Of a stretch of DNA of 64,000 nt, positions 41,726 to 50,689 are shown in pieces. The DNA is from Pseudomonadota bacterium (GTDB lineage: Bacteria > Pseudomonadota > Alphaproteobacteria > Acetobacterales > Acetobacteraceae): positions 1,040 to 65,039 of the forward strand of contig JABBNW010000002.1 in assembly GCA_019352115.1 (NCBI GenBank), read 5' to 3'. The translations under genes and the position numbers were made by a program. Below the pieces are notes generated by a model, which worked only from the letters and a program-made list of their open reading frames with translations, had not been told where the DNA came from and made no database searches. Every line of letters begins with the position of its first letter. Positions within the stretch are counted from its first letter, which is position 1.

Positions 41726-42700
41726 CTACCCGACCAGCACCGCCTTGCCGATCACGGCGCGGTCGATCACGGCCTGCACCGCGGCGGCAGCCTGGTCGAG
41801 CGGGAAGCGGTGCGAGATGCGCGGTCGCAGCTGGCCCGCGGCGGCAAACTCGGCAAGCGCGTGGGCGTTGGCTTCCGCGAGCGCCGGGTTCGCCTCCGCC
41901 AGGCCGCCGATGCGCACGCCGATCGCGTCGATGCCTTTGATGAGCAGGTAGTTGCTGCGGATCGTCGCCGGCCCGCCGCCGAGGAAGCCCAGGATCAGCA
42001 GCCGGCCGCCCCAGGCGAGGGTGCGCAACGATTCCTCGGTGACGGCGGCGCCGATCGGATCGTAGACGATATCGACGCCGTGCCCGCCGGTAAGCGCTTT
42101 CACCTGGTCGAGGAAGCCGCCGCGATAGTCGATCGCATGGTCCGCGCCTTCTTCCAGGCAGGCAGCGCGCTTGGCCTCGGTGCTGGCGGTGGCGATCACG
42201 GTGGCGCCGAACAGTTTCGCGACCTGGATGGCGGCGATGCCGATGCCGCCGGCCGCGCCGTGGATCAGCACCGTTTCGCCAGCGGCGAGCCGGCCGCGTT
42301 GCAGCAGCGCGTGGTAGGCGGTGGCATGGGCGGCGCGGAACACGCCCGCCTGTTCCAGCGACAGGCCTTGCGGCACCGGATCGCAGGCGCTTTCGGGCGC
42401 GTTGGCGCGTTCGGCAAAGGCACCGAGGCGATGGCGGCTCATGACCTGATCGCCGGGTCGGAAGCGGGTGACGCCGGGGCCGACCGCGAGCACCTCGCCG
42501 GCGGCTTCGCTGCCGGGGATGAAGGGCGGGTCCGGGCGGAATTGATATTTGCCGGCCAACATCAGAACGTCGACATATTGCACCCCGCGGGCGCGCAGGC
42601 GGAGTTGGATTTCGCCGGCACCCGGTTGCGGCGGGTCGGGCACTTCGCGCAAGGCGAGCACCTCGGGGCCGCCGAATGCTTCGCAGACCATCGCTTTCAT
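41726..42700 (-). CDS. NADPH:quinone oxidoreductase (zeta-crystallin/MDR family)
   Basis: ATG 42700: MKAMVCEAFGGPEVLALREVPDP...PFIPGSEAAGEV...VLIHGAAGGIGIAAIQVAK. Confidence 0.85.
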   Translation of the reverse strand: MKAMVCEAFGGPEVLALREVPDPPQPGAGEIQLRLRARGVQYVDVLMLAGKYQFRPDPPFIPGSEAAGEVLAVGPGVTRFRPGDQVMSRHRLGAFAERANAPESACDPVPQGLSLEQAGVFRAAHATAYHALLQRGRLAAGETVLIHGAAGGIGIAAIQVAKLFGATVIATASTEAKRAACLEEGADHAIDYRGGFLDQVKALTGGHGVDIVYDPIGAAVTEESLRTLAWGGRLLILGFLGGGPATIRSNYLLIKGIDAIGVRIGGLAEANPALAEANAHALAEFAAAGQLRPRISHRFPLDQAAAAVQAVIDRAVIGKAVLVG

Positions 42701-42736
42701 GCTGTACCTGTCTTTCACCTATGCTGGCACATTACA

Positions 42737-42755
42737 AATTGCCCAATAAGCAATT
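42737..42755. promoter_or_regulatory. AT-rich 19-bp palindrome in the divergent qor/crp-family intergenic region (candidate operator)
   Basis: AATTGC-CCAATAA-GCAATT has perfect 6-bp arms. It lies 37 nt upstream of the qor start and 69 nt upstream of the Crp-family gene start. Confidence 0.35.
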
Positions 42756-42823
42756 CGCCGTTTGCCGCTGTGCGGCCCGCGGCCCAGACTGTTGCCGGTT
42801 CGATTGGCAAGGAGGGTGACCTG

Positions 42824-43606
42824 ATGCGACCTGGCGCGAAGACCTTGCGCGGCATTCCGGTGTTCGCGCGGCTGCGCGACGCGGCGGTGGACGAGCTCGA
42901 TGCGGCGGGCGAGGTGGTCAGCCTGGAACGCGGTGCCGAACTGTTCCGCCAGGGCACGTTGCCGGTCGTACTGTATTTCCTGCTCGACGGGCTGATGGCG
43001 CTGTCGAGCGCGACGTCGGACGGCAACACCGCGGTGGTCGACGTGGTCCGGCCGATGGGCGACCTGGTGCTGGCCTCCGTGATCGGCGCCTTGCCGTACC
43101 TGCAATCGGCGCACGCCGTGACGCGTGCCCGGCTGGTGGCGATCGACGCTGCGGTGGTGCGCAAGCTGATCGAACGCGAGCCGGCCCTGGCTGGACTGCT
43201 GCTGCAATCGATGTCGCGTGATGTTCGCGGGCTCGTGCGCCATGTCCGCGACCTCAAGCTGCGCACCGCGGCGCAGCGGCTGGGGGCGTTCCTGCTGTCG
43301 CATGTCGAAGATCCCGTCACAAGGCGAGCCGAGTTCCGACTGCCGTTCGAGAAGGGGCTGCTCGCCGCAAGGCTGGGCTGCCGGCAGGAGAACCTGTCGC
43401 GGGCGTTCGCCACCTTGCGCGACTACGGGGTGGAAACGCATGGCGCCCAGGTCATCCTGCACAGCATCCCCAAGCTGACGGCCTACGCCGTGCCCGACTA
43501 CCTGAACGATCCGGAGCTGGCGAAGCCCGCCCGCGCCAAGCCGGCTGCCGCGCCGAAGGCGGCGAAGCCGGCCGGGCGCAAGCCTAGCGTCCGGGTGTCG
43601 GCATGA
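42824..43606 (+). CDS. Crp/Fnr family transcriptional regulator with Lys/Ala/Pro-rich C-terminal tail
   Basis: ATG 42824 follows GGAGGG. It has a cNMP-binding-like N-terminal domain ([34 protein letters not shown]). The C-terminal HTH is [25 protein letters not shown]. The tail is [31 protein letters not shown]. No Fnr-type N-terminal Cys cluster is present. Confidence 0.8.
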   Translation: MRPGAKTLRGIPVFARLRDAAVDELDAAGEVVSLERGAELFRQGTLPVVLYFLLDGLMALSSATSDGNTAVVDVVRPMGDLVLASVIGALPYLQSAHAVTRARLVAIDAAVVRKLIEREPALAGLLLQSMSRDVRGLVRHVRDLKLRTAAQRLGAFLLSHVEDPVTRRAEFRLPFEKGLLAARLGCRQENLSRAFATLRDYGVETHGAQVILHSIPKLTAYAVPDYLNDPELAKPARAKPAAAPKAAKPAGRKPSVRVSA

Positions 43607-45080
43607 CGAATTCGGCGCCGCGGCGCGTGCCGGTGGGCCAGCGCTGCGTGACTGCCTTGTAGCGGGTGTAGAAGCGCACGCCCTCCGGCCCGTAGACGTG
43701 GTGGTCGCCGAACAGGGACGATTTCCAGCCGCCGAAACTGTGGAACGCCATCGGCACCGGGATCGGCACGTTCACGCCCACCATGCCGATCTGCACGCTT
43801 GACGCGAAATCCCGCGCCGCGCCGCCGTCGGCGGTGAAGATCGCGACGCCGTTGCCGTAGGCGTGGCGGTTGATCATTGCGGTCGCCGCGCCGAGGTCGG
43901 GTGCGCGCACAACTCCCAGCACCGGGCCGAAAATCTCGTCGCGGTAGATGCGCATGTCGGTGCCGACCCGGTCGAACAGGCTGCCGCCGAGGAAGAACCC
44001 GTTCTCGTAGCCTTGCAGTTTCAGCCCGCGCCCGTCCACCACCAGCTCGGCGCCCTCGGCCACGCCGCGATCGACGTAGCCGGCGACCTTCGCGCGATGC
44101 TCGGCGGTAACCAGAGGGCCCATCTCGGCCTCCGGGTCGGTGCCGGGGCCGATTTTCAGCGCGCGGACACGAGGTTCCAGCCGCTCCACCAGCCGATCGC
44201 CGGCCGCACCGACCGCGACGGCGACCGAGACCGACATGCAGCGTTCGCCGGCGGCGCCGTACGCGGCCCCCATCAGCGCATCGACCGCGTCGTCCAGATC
44301 GGCGTCCGGCATCACCACCAGGTGGTTCTTCGCCCCGCCCAGCGCCTGCACCCGCTTGCCGGCCGCAGTGCCGCCGCGCCAGATCGTCTCGGCGATCGCG
44401 GTCGAGCCAACGAAGCTGATGGCGGAGATGCCGGGGTGGGCGATCAGCGCCTCCACCGCCTCGCGCCCGCCCTGCACGACCTGGAAGACGCCTTCGGGCA
44501 GGCCGGCCTCGGCCAGGAGTTCGGCGAGGATAAGGCTGGCGGAGGGGTCCTTCTCGGAAGGTTTCAGGATGAAGCAGTTGCCGGCGGCGAGCGCCACCGG
44601 GATCATCCACAGCGGCACCATCAGCGGGAAGTTGAACGGCGTGATGCCGGCCACCACGCCGAGCGGCTGGCGCACCGACCAGGCATCGATCCCGGTGCCG
44701 ACCTGTTCGGTGTATTCACCCTTGAGCAGATGTGGGATGCCGCAGGCGAATTCCACCACTTCCAGGCCGCGCTGCACCTCGCCGTCGGCGTCCGACAGCA
44801 CCTTGCCGTGCTCGGCGGTGATGGCGGCGGACAGGCGGGCGCGATCGCGTTCCAGCAGGTCGCGGAGCTTGAACATCACCCGGGCGCGGCGCAGCGGCGG
44901 CGTGGCGGCCCAGGCCGGCCAGGCGGCGGTGGCGATGCCGACCGCGTGGTCGACCTCCGCGGCTGAGGCGAGCGCGACCCGCGCGGTCACTTCCCCGAGG
45001 GCGGGATTGAACACGTCGCCGTAGCGCCCGCTGGTGCCGGCGGTCGGGCGGCCGGCGATGAAATGGCCGATCTCGCGCAT
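43584..45080 (-). CDS. mmsA: CoA-acylating methylmalonate-semialdehyde dehydrogenase
   Basis: Track ORF 43584..45677, with the start moved to ATG 45080 ([12 protein letters not shown]...). Motifs are [30 protein letters not shown] and GERCMS (catalytic Cys). It ends ...[13 protein letters not shown], typical of MmsA. Confidence 0.9.
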   Translation of the reverse strand: MREIGHFIAGRPTAGTSGRYGDVFNPALGEVTARVALASAAEVDHAVGIATAAWPAWAATPPLRRARVMFKLRDLLERDRARLSAAITAEHGKVLSDADGEVQRGLEVVEFACGIPHLLKGEYTEQVGTGIDAWSVRQPLGVVAGITPFNFPLMVPLWMIPVALAAGNCFILKPSEKDPSASLILAELLAEAGLPEGVFQVVQGGREAVEALIAHPGISAISFVGSTAIAETIWRGGTAAGKRVQALGGAKNHLVVMPDADLDDAVDALMGAAYGAAGERCMSVSVAVAVGAAGDRLVERLEPRVRALKIGPGTDPEAEMGPLVTAEHRAKVAGYVDRGVAEGAELVVDGRGLKLQGYENGFFLGGSLFDRVGTDMRIYRDEIFGPVLGVVRAPDLGAATAMINRHAYGNGVAIFTADGGAARDFASSVQIGMVGVNVPIPVPMAFHSFGGWKSSLFGDHHVYGPEGVRFYTRYKAVTQRWPTGTRRGAEFVMPTPGR

Positions 45081-45294
45081 GGACGGGGTCCTCCTGGCTG
45101 TGCCGGCCGTTCCGGACCCGGCGCGGTGCCTGGGGCGGTGTCGTTGCCCCGGGCTTTCTCCTGCCGGCCTTCTAGCCCAGAGTCCGTCCGCGGTCATCCC
45201 GCCGGCGAACCCGGGCGGGCTGAATTCCTGCTTGCCGCCGCCGGGTCGGCTCTGCGATGGGAAGCGGCGTATCGCGACGGAGCACGGAACATTC

Positions 45295-46314
45295 ATGCGC
45301 GCACGAGACCTCGGGCTGGCCTGCGGCGCGCTGCCGCCGGGGCTCCGCAACACCATCGCCGATGTGCCGGGCGTGCTGGTCGGCCATTGCACCCGCAGCG
45401 AAGGCGCGGTGCAGACCGGGGTAACCGCGATCCTGCCGCATGACGGGGATCTGTTCCAGACGAAGCCGCTCGCCGCGGCCTGCATCACCAACGGGTTCGG
45501 CAAGAGCGTCGGGCTGGTGCAATTGGGCGAGCTCGGGACGTTGGAGACGCCGATCCTGCTGACCAACACGTTCGCCGTGGGCGCGTGTTCCGGCGCATTA
45601 ATCCGCCGTGCCATTGCTGCCGATCCCGAGATCGGGCGGCGCACGGCGACCGTGAATCCCGTAGTGCTTGAATGCAACGACGGCTACCTGAACGACATCC
45701 AGGCGATGGCAGTGACCGAGGCGGACGCTCTGGCGGCGATCGATGCCGCGGCGGAGACGTTCGCGCTGGGCGCGGTGGGCGCCGGAACGGGCATGAGCTG
45801 CTTCGGCTTCAAGGGCGGCATTGGCAGCGCGTCGCGGCGGCTTCGGCTGGACGGGGCGACATATCACCTCGGTGTGCTGGTGCTGGCGAATTTCGGCCGC
45901 GCGGGGGATCTGAGGCTGCCGGACGGGCGGCGGGTGGACCCGGAGTCCGGCGTGATGGAGGAGCAGGGCTCCTGCATCGTCGTGATCGGCACCGACATCC
46001 CGGTGGAATGCCGGCAGTTGGAACGGGTGGCGCGGCGGGCGGGGGTGGGACTCGCCTGGTGCGGGTCTTTCTGGGGCAACGGGTCGGGGGATATCGCGGT
46101 GGCGTTCACCACCGCGGGGCCGGTGGCGCAGGAGCCGGACGCCGATTTCCAGGAGCGGCGGGTGCTGGTGGAGGGGCGGATCGACCGGCTGTTCCAGGCC
46201 GCGGCGGAGGCGACGCAGGAGGCGGTGCTGGACGCGCTGGCGGGGGCGGAGACGACAGCGGGACGCAACGGGCACGTGCGCGTGGGGCTGGCGGAGGTGT
46301 TGGGGCGTTCGTGA
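45295..46314 (+). CDS. P1/S58 family peptidase (DmpA / L-aminopeptidase-like)
   Basis: ATG 45295: MRARDLGL...[13 protein letters not shown]...TGVTAILP...[22 protein letters not shown]. The GxS/T self-processing region is present. Confidence 0.8.
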   Translation: MRARDLGLACGALPPGLRNTIADVPGVLVGHCTRSEGAVQTGVTAILPHDGDLFQTKPLAAACITNGFGKSVGLVQLGELGTLETPILLTNTFAVGACSGALIRRAIAADPEIGRRTATVNPVVLECNDGYLNDIQAMAVTEADALAAIDAAAETFALGAVGAGTGMSCFGFKGGIGSASRRLRLDGATYHLGVLVLANFGRAGDLRLPDGRRVDPESGVMEEQGSCIVVIGTDIPVECRQLERVARRAGVGLAWCGSFWGNGSGDIAVAFTTAGPVAQEPDADFQERRVLVEGRIDRLFQAAAEATQEAVLDALAGAETTAGRNGHVRVGLAEVLGRS

Positions 46315-46326
46315 CCCGGCCGGCGG

Positions 46327-46633
46327 CTAGGCGGCGCGCGCGCCCACGATGGCGGCGGCCACGACGTCCGGGCTGCGGGCGATGACCAGCAGCAGCACGC
46401 GGGCTCCGGCGTCGGGGCGGCGCCGGCCCTGTTCCCGATCGCTGATGGCGGTGACGGCGAGGCCGAACCGTTGCGCGAAGGCGGGGAGGCTCAGGCCGAG
46501 CCGGGCGAGGTCCCCCGTAAGTTGGGCGAATCGGGTAGGGGGGTGGGATGCGCGCGGGTTCCTGCTCGCCGCGCAGGACGGCGGCGGCTACCTGCATGTT
46601 GGCGACGAGATCGCGGTCGAGGGTCTTGTTCAA
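46327..46633 (-). pseudogene. XRE-family HTH antitoxin-like gene (NadS/HigA-like), frameshifted
   Basis: The N-terminal part runs from TTG 46633: [29 protein letters not shown]. The C-terminal HTH lies in a different frame: [54 protein letters not shown]. Start to stop is 307 nt, which is not a multiple of 3. The frames switch near a G6 run at 46538-46543. Confidence 0.5.
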
Positions 46634-47357
46634 TTGAGTGGCTCCGCTTCTGGCTTGAGCCGCGGAGCGGATCGAGAGTGTAGGCAATAGGCCGGGATGG
46701 AGTGCGGCTTGATCGGACGGCCCGGCTGGGCCAGCCAGGCTTGCACCAGCCTCGCGGGATGGCACCTCACATTGTCCACAAACAGATGGAACATCCGTTT
46801 GCCCGGAGACATCGCCGCGATCGCCGTCAACAGCATGATCGTGCTGGCCGCATCCACTGTTGCCGTCTGCAGCATACGGGTCTGGCCGGTCTCAAGATCA
46901 CTCGCGCCATGAAAGTTCAGGCGTTGCCGCCCGCTGGTCTGCGTCCCTGTGGTCTTGGCGACCCTCGGCGCCCAGCATCCTACAGGCCGCACCGCAGGCA
47001 TCGGGGACGCACCGAAACGCCAAACAACACCGCTTCATCATTGGCAGGATGGTTCAGCAGGTTCTCATACGCCTTGATGAACGCCGCCTGCTTCTCGGGA
47101 TCAAGCTTGCGCGACACCGCCCTCGGCTTACTATTTTCCATGCCAAGACGGTGCAACGGCGCGATCAGGCGAGAGCGGGTGCGGATGGTGTCGTCGTCGA
47201 GCAACAGTACCTTGGCGATGGCTTCACGGCCCATCCCGTCGTCCAGTAGCACCAGCGCGTTGGCGCGCCGGGCCAGCCGATGGGCGGCCGACCCGTCTCT
47301 TACCAGTTCGGTTAGGTCCTTGCGCGATTCGCTGTCCCGGGAGCCGCGGCGGATCAT
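46630..47357 (-). mobile_element. IS630-family transposase relic (frameshifted, internally deleted, no recognisable inverted repeats)
   Basis: The N-terminal HTH part starts at ATG 47357 and lies within track ORF 46980..47558: MIRRGSRDSESRKDLTELVRDGSAAHRLARRANALVLLDDGMGREAIAKVLLLDDDTIRT...LHRLG...DPEKQAAFIKAYENL. The DDE part is in another frame (46630..47001): GRQRLNFHGA...HLFVDNVRCHPARLVQAWLAQPG..IPAYC. It is about 240 codons, whereas IS630 transposases are about 340 as I remember them. Confidence 0.7.
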
Positions 47358-47492
47358 CCACCCGATAGAATCCGCCTCGTGACCCTTGGCAAGGGGAATT
47401 CTCGGGTTCTCCGGGAGTCGGGGTATAGAAGCGCCAGGGTAGTATAGGGGCTCTTCCGTCCGGCACGGTATGCGTGCATAATTATCCGGTCC

Positions 47493-48560
47493 ATGATCGA
47501 TCCACTTGTCCAGCTTGCCCAGCCGATCCTGCGTCGGATCAACCCTGAGAGGGCACATCGACTTGCCATCGTTGGGCTGCGAGCTGGATTTGCCGGGACA
47601 GATCGAACATCCGATGATCCCGGACTGAGGGTCGATACGCTAGGTCTCCGGTTTCGCAATCCCCTCGGCCTGGCTGCCGGATTCGATAAAAATGGGGTGG
47701 CAATAGGCAACCTATCTCGGCTTGGATTCGGCTTCATCGAGGTTGGCACTGTCACACCCCGCGCGCAGCCAGGCAACCCACGCCCACGCTTGTTTCGCCT
47801 CGACGAAGATCGGGCCGTTATCAATCGGATGGGGTTTAACGGCGCGGGCCTTTCCGCTGTCCTTCCCAGGTTGCAACGCAACCGTCCAGATGGCGTTCCG
47901 GTAGGAGTCAATATCGGCATCAATAAGGAAGGTTCCAACCCAGAACGGGACTATCCCGCGTTGCTCTCGGCGGTCGGGCCGTGGGTTGACTATGCGGTCA
48001 TTAACCTCTCCTCACCGAATACTCCGGGGTTGCGCGAGCTTCAGGGCCCGGCACGGCTGCGGGCGCTCCTGGCCGCAATCAGGGAGCAGGTTCCGAACCG
48101 TCCGCCCGTTCTCGTAAAGATTTCTCCCGACGTCGCACCTGTTGATCTACCGGGGCTCGTGGAAACTTGTGTTTCGGAGGGAATAGAGGGATTGATTGTC
48201 TCCAATACGACCCTTTCTCGCCCTCCGAATTTGCGCAACGCGGCATCTGCGGAATCCGGGGGACTATCCGGCGCGCCTTTGTTCCGATTGTCGACAGCGG
48301 TCCTCGCTCAGGTTCGATTACTGGCAGGTGAACGGCTCGTGCTGATTGGCGTAGGCGGCATTTTCACTGGACAGGATGCCCTCACCAAACTTCAGGCGGG
48401 AGCCTCACTCGTGCAAATTTATACCAGCTTCGCCTACGAGGGACCCCTTCTCTTGCCGCGACTCAAGCGCGAATTGGCATGGGCCTTGCGTGCCGCTGGA
48501 TTTGCGAGAGCGAGTGACGCGATTGGGAGTGATGCGGAGCGTCTGGCGGGCTCTGCTTGA
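47493..48560 (+). CDS. pyrD: Dihydroorotate dehydrogenase (quinone), class 2
   Basis: 355 aa with the full motif set: GLAAGFDKNG, GFGFIEVGTVTP, INRMGFN, GVNIGINK, NLSSPNTPGLR, VKISPD, IVSNTT, GGLSGAPL and GVGGIFTGQDA..K..AGASLVQIYT. G+C is visibly lower than in neighbouring genes. Confidence 0.9.
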   Translation: MIDPLVQLAQPILRRINPERAHRLAIVGLRAGFAGTDRTSDDPGLRVDTLGLRFRNPLGLAAGFDKNGVAIGNLSRLGFGFIEVGTVTPRAQPGNPRPRLFRLDEDRAVINRMGFNGAGLSAVLPRLQRNRPDGVPVGVNIGINKEGSNPERDYPALLSAVGPWVDYAVINLSSPNTPGLRELQGPARLRALLAAIREQVPNRPPVLVKISPDVAPVDLPGLVETCVSEGIEGLIVSNTTLSRPPNLRNAASAESGGLSGAPLFRLSTAVLAQVRLLAGERLVLIGVGGIFTGQDALTKLQAGASLVQIYTSFAYEGPLLLPRLKRELAWALRAAGFARASDAIGSDAERLAGSA

Positions 48561-48606
48561 TCGAATCGTTCTCCAATCTTTTAGTGATAATGTATCATCA
48601 TTCATT

Positions 48607-49146
48607 TTAATGCCAGAGTCTGGTTGTTGAAGGCGTCGATGAAAGACTGCGATCTTTTGGATCTGATATGAATGAGGCAAAAGAGGCTGGACCGCGTTGC
48701 TGGTTAACTATACCGTCAAAGGCAGTAGTCGGATCGCTAAGGGCATCTTGAGCGGCGTTAGAGATATCCGAAATCGACTGCTCGGATGCCGAAGATATGG
48801 TCTGGCTGGCAGGGGGCCTGTGCCGACGATTGAATTGCCCTTTTCTGACTGCTCGCGAGGTGGCAACGGTCTATTTTACGCCATTGCGTGGCCGAGCTGC
48901 TGCGATTACAATCAGCGCGATTTGCGTATCCGAAAGTGTATTCTGAGCTGCCGGCGAGGAAGAAACGGACGTCGCCGGTTTAGAAGCATAGGAGAGCGAT
49001 ATGCTGCTCGGCGTGCCTGCCACCGAGACGGATTGCTTCGAACCAGAGAGGTGCATCGTTGTGGACGTGCCCACCTTCCCCAAAGCATCCTGTATTGCAG
49101 CGGCGTAGTTACCCCCCGGAAGGTCGCCTTGAACACTGTCGATCAC
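48607..49146 (-). pseudogene. Ser/Thr/Ala-rich hypothetical reading frame interrupted by one in-frame TAG (48871-48873); AT-rich region
   Basis: The reverse frame is open from at least 49146 (an in-frame GTG; the track ORF 48871..49305 extends further upstream) down to TAA 48607, with a single TAG. Translation: ...IDSVQGDLPGGNYAAAIQDALGKVGTSTTMHLSGSKQSVSVAGTPSSISLSYASKPATSVSSSPAAQNTLSDTQIALIVIAAARPRNGVK*TVATSRAVRKGQFNRRHRPPASQTISSASEQSISDISNAAQDALSDPTTAFDGIVNQQRGPASFASFISDPKDRSLSSTPSTTRLWH. No family was recognised. Confidence 0.3.
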
Positions 49147-49210
49147 GTAATATTCCGGCGATTGTCGAACACCTAGGTAAGGGTGTAATAATTTACGAGT
49201 CGATGCGAAT

Positions 49211-50368
49211 CTATGGAATGTTGCGTGCCGCCTCCAGCACCTCCCGATAAACCCCCAACGTCGCCGCCTGCATCGCCGCCGTCGTGCAACGCCCCAGCAC
49301 CGCACCCCGCGCCGCCGCCCCCATCGCCGTAAGCGTCTCCCCCGGCAGCCCCAGCACCGTATCGATCGCCGCCGCCAGCGCCGCCGGATCGCCCGGCTTC
49401 ACGAGCCACCCCGTCACCCCCGCCGCCACCGTCTCCACCGGCCCGCCCAGATCGGCCGCGATCACGGGCCGGCCCATCGCCTGCGCCTCGATCACCACCC
49501 GCCCGAACGCCTCCGGCGCCGTCGAGGCATGCACCACCACATCCGCCAGCAGCATCGCCGCCGGCATATCGGCGCACTCGCCCACCAGGCGCAGCCGCCC
49601 CGCCACCCCCAGCGCCTCCGCCTGCCGCCGCAGCCCGGCCGCATAGCCGGCGCGCCCCTGATCTGACCCCACCAGCACCCCCACCGCATCCGTCCGTGCT
49701 AGCAGCGCCAGCGCCGAGATCAGCACCGTCTGGCCCTTCCATCCCGTCAGCCGCCCCGGCAGCATCACCACCGGCGCATGGTCGGGTAGCTCCCACGCCA
49801 AGGCCAGCCGCGCCAGCCGCGCGCCTGACACCGCGGCGGGATCGAATACGGCAGGGTCGATCCCGCGCGGGATCACCCGGATGCGCCGTGGATCGACCCC
49901 GTGCCGCGTGGCGATCAGCCCGGCGATGTAGGCGCTGGCGGCGATCACCACCTCGCCCTTCGCCATCACCGCGTTGTAGTGGCGCTTGAGCGGCAGGTCC
50001 TCCCCATACGCACCGTGATAGGTGGTCACGAACCGCGCCCCGGTGTGCCGCGCAGCAAGCCAGGCGGACCACGCCGGCGCGCGCGAACGGGCATGCACCA
50101 AGCTTACCCCCTCGGCGCGGATCAGCCGCGCCAGCCGCTTGGCGTTGCGCCAGATCGCCATCGGGTTCTTCGTATCCAGTGGCAGGGTGATGTGCCGCCC
50201 GCCGGCGTGCTCCACCGCGCCGACGAGCCGCCCGCCAGCCGAGGCTACCAGCGCGGTCCAGCCCGCCGCCGCCAACGCCGCGGTGATCTCGACCGTGCCG
50301 CGCTCCACCCCGCCCGTGACCAGCGACGGCAGGACCTGCAACACGACGGGGGCGGAGACAGCGGGCAT
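49211..50368 (-). CDS. Glycosyltransferase family 4 (GT-B, group 1)
   Basis: 385 aa: VLQVLPSLVTGGVERGTVEI...MLPGRLTGWKGQ...ASTAPEAFGRVVIEAQAMGRPVIAADLGGPVETV, which carries the EX7E region. Confidence 0.85.
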   Translation of the reverse strand: MPAVSAPVVLQVLPSLVTGGVERGTVEITAALAAAGWTALVASAGGRLVGAVEHAGGRHITLPLDTKNPMAIWRNAKRLARLIRAEGVSLVHARSRAPAWSAWLAARHTGARFVTTYHGAYGEDLPLKRHYNAVMAKGEVVIAASAYIAGLIATRHGVDPRRIRVIPRGIDPAVFDPAAVSGARLARLALAWELPDHAPVVMLPGRLTGWKGQTVLISALALLARTDAVGVLVGSDQGRAGYAAGLRRQAEALGVAGRLRLVGECADMPAAMLLADVVVHASTAPEAFGRVVIEAQAMGRPVIAADLGGPVETVAAGVTGWLVKPGDPAALAAAIDTVLGLPGETLTAMGAAARGAVLGRCTTAAMQAATLGVYREVLEAARNIP

Positions 50369-50443
50369 GGCCGGCGTTGGTAGAACATCGCAGTCCGAAT
50401 ACCCAGGGGGCGGTCACGGGTGCCCCTCGTGACCGCCCGCGGA

Positions 50444-50625
50444 TCAATCCAGCGCTGCGTGTCCCTCGGGCGTCGGCATCGTCCCGCGTGGCCGGCGCAT
50501 ACGCAGCAACAGCAGCAGCGCCAGCAGGGTGGTGAAGATCATCAGCCGGTAGTATCGATATACGCAATGATTTGCGCCTGCCGGTCGATCATCCCCTCCA
50601 GCGCCCGCATCAGGGTCGCGCCCAT
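50444..50625 (-). pseudogene. Probable C-terminal relic of an EmrB-type (DHA2 MFS) pump gene, frameshifted
   Basis: Two tiny reverse-strand frames lie directly after emrA. The first is MGATLMRALEGMIDRQAQIIAYIDTTG* (50625-50542). The second, shifted by 1 nt, is (L)MIFTTLLALLLLLRMRRPRGTMPTPEGHAALD* (50542-50444). Joined, they give ...QAQIIAYID(YYR)LMIFTTLLALLLLLRMRRP. This resembles the last TM helix and tail of EmrB-family pumps as I remember them. Confidence 0.4.
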
Positions 50626-50689
50626 GGCGCAGACGGTGATGAGGCCGCGGTTCGGAACCCGCTCCGTCGCCGCGGCGTCCGTCACACGA

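Noticed and set aside
48697-49176. A 159-aa plus-strand ORF in the AT-rich patch.
   Set aside because: The translation is Arg/Cys-rich and looks unnatural. It is the antisense of the longer Ser/Thr-rich reverse frame, which I consider the more plausible, though decayed, coding frame.
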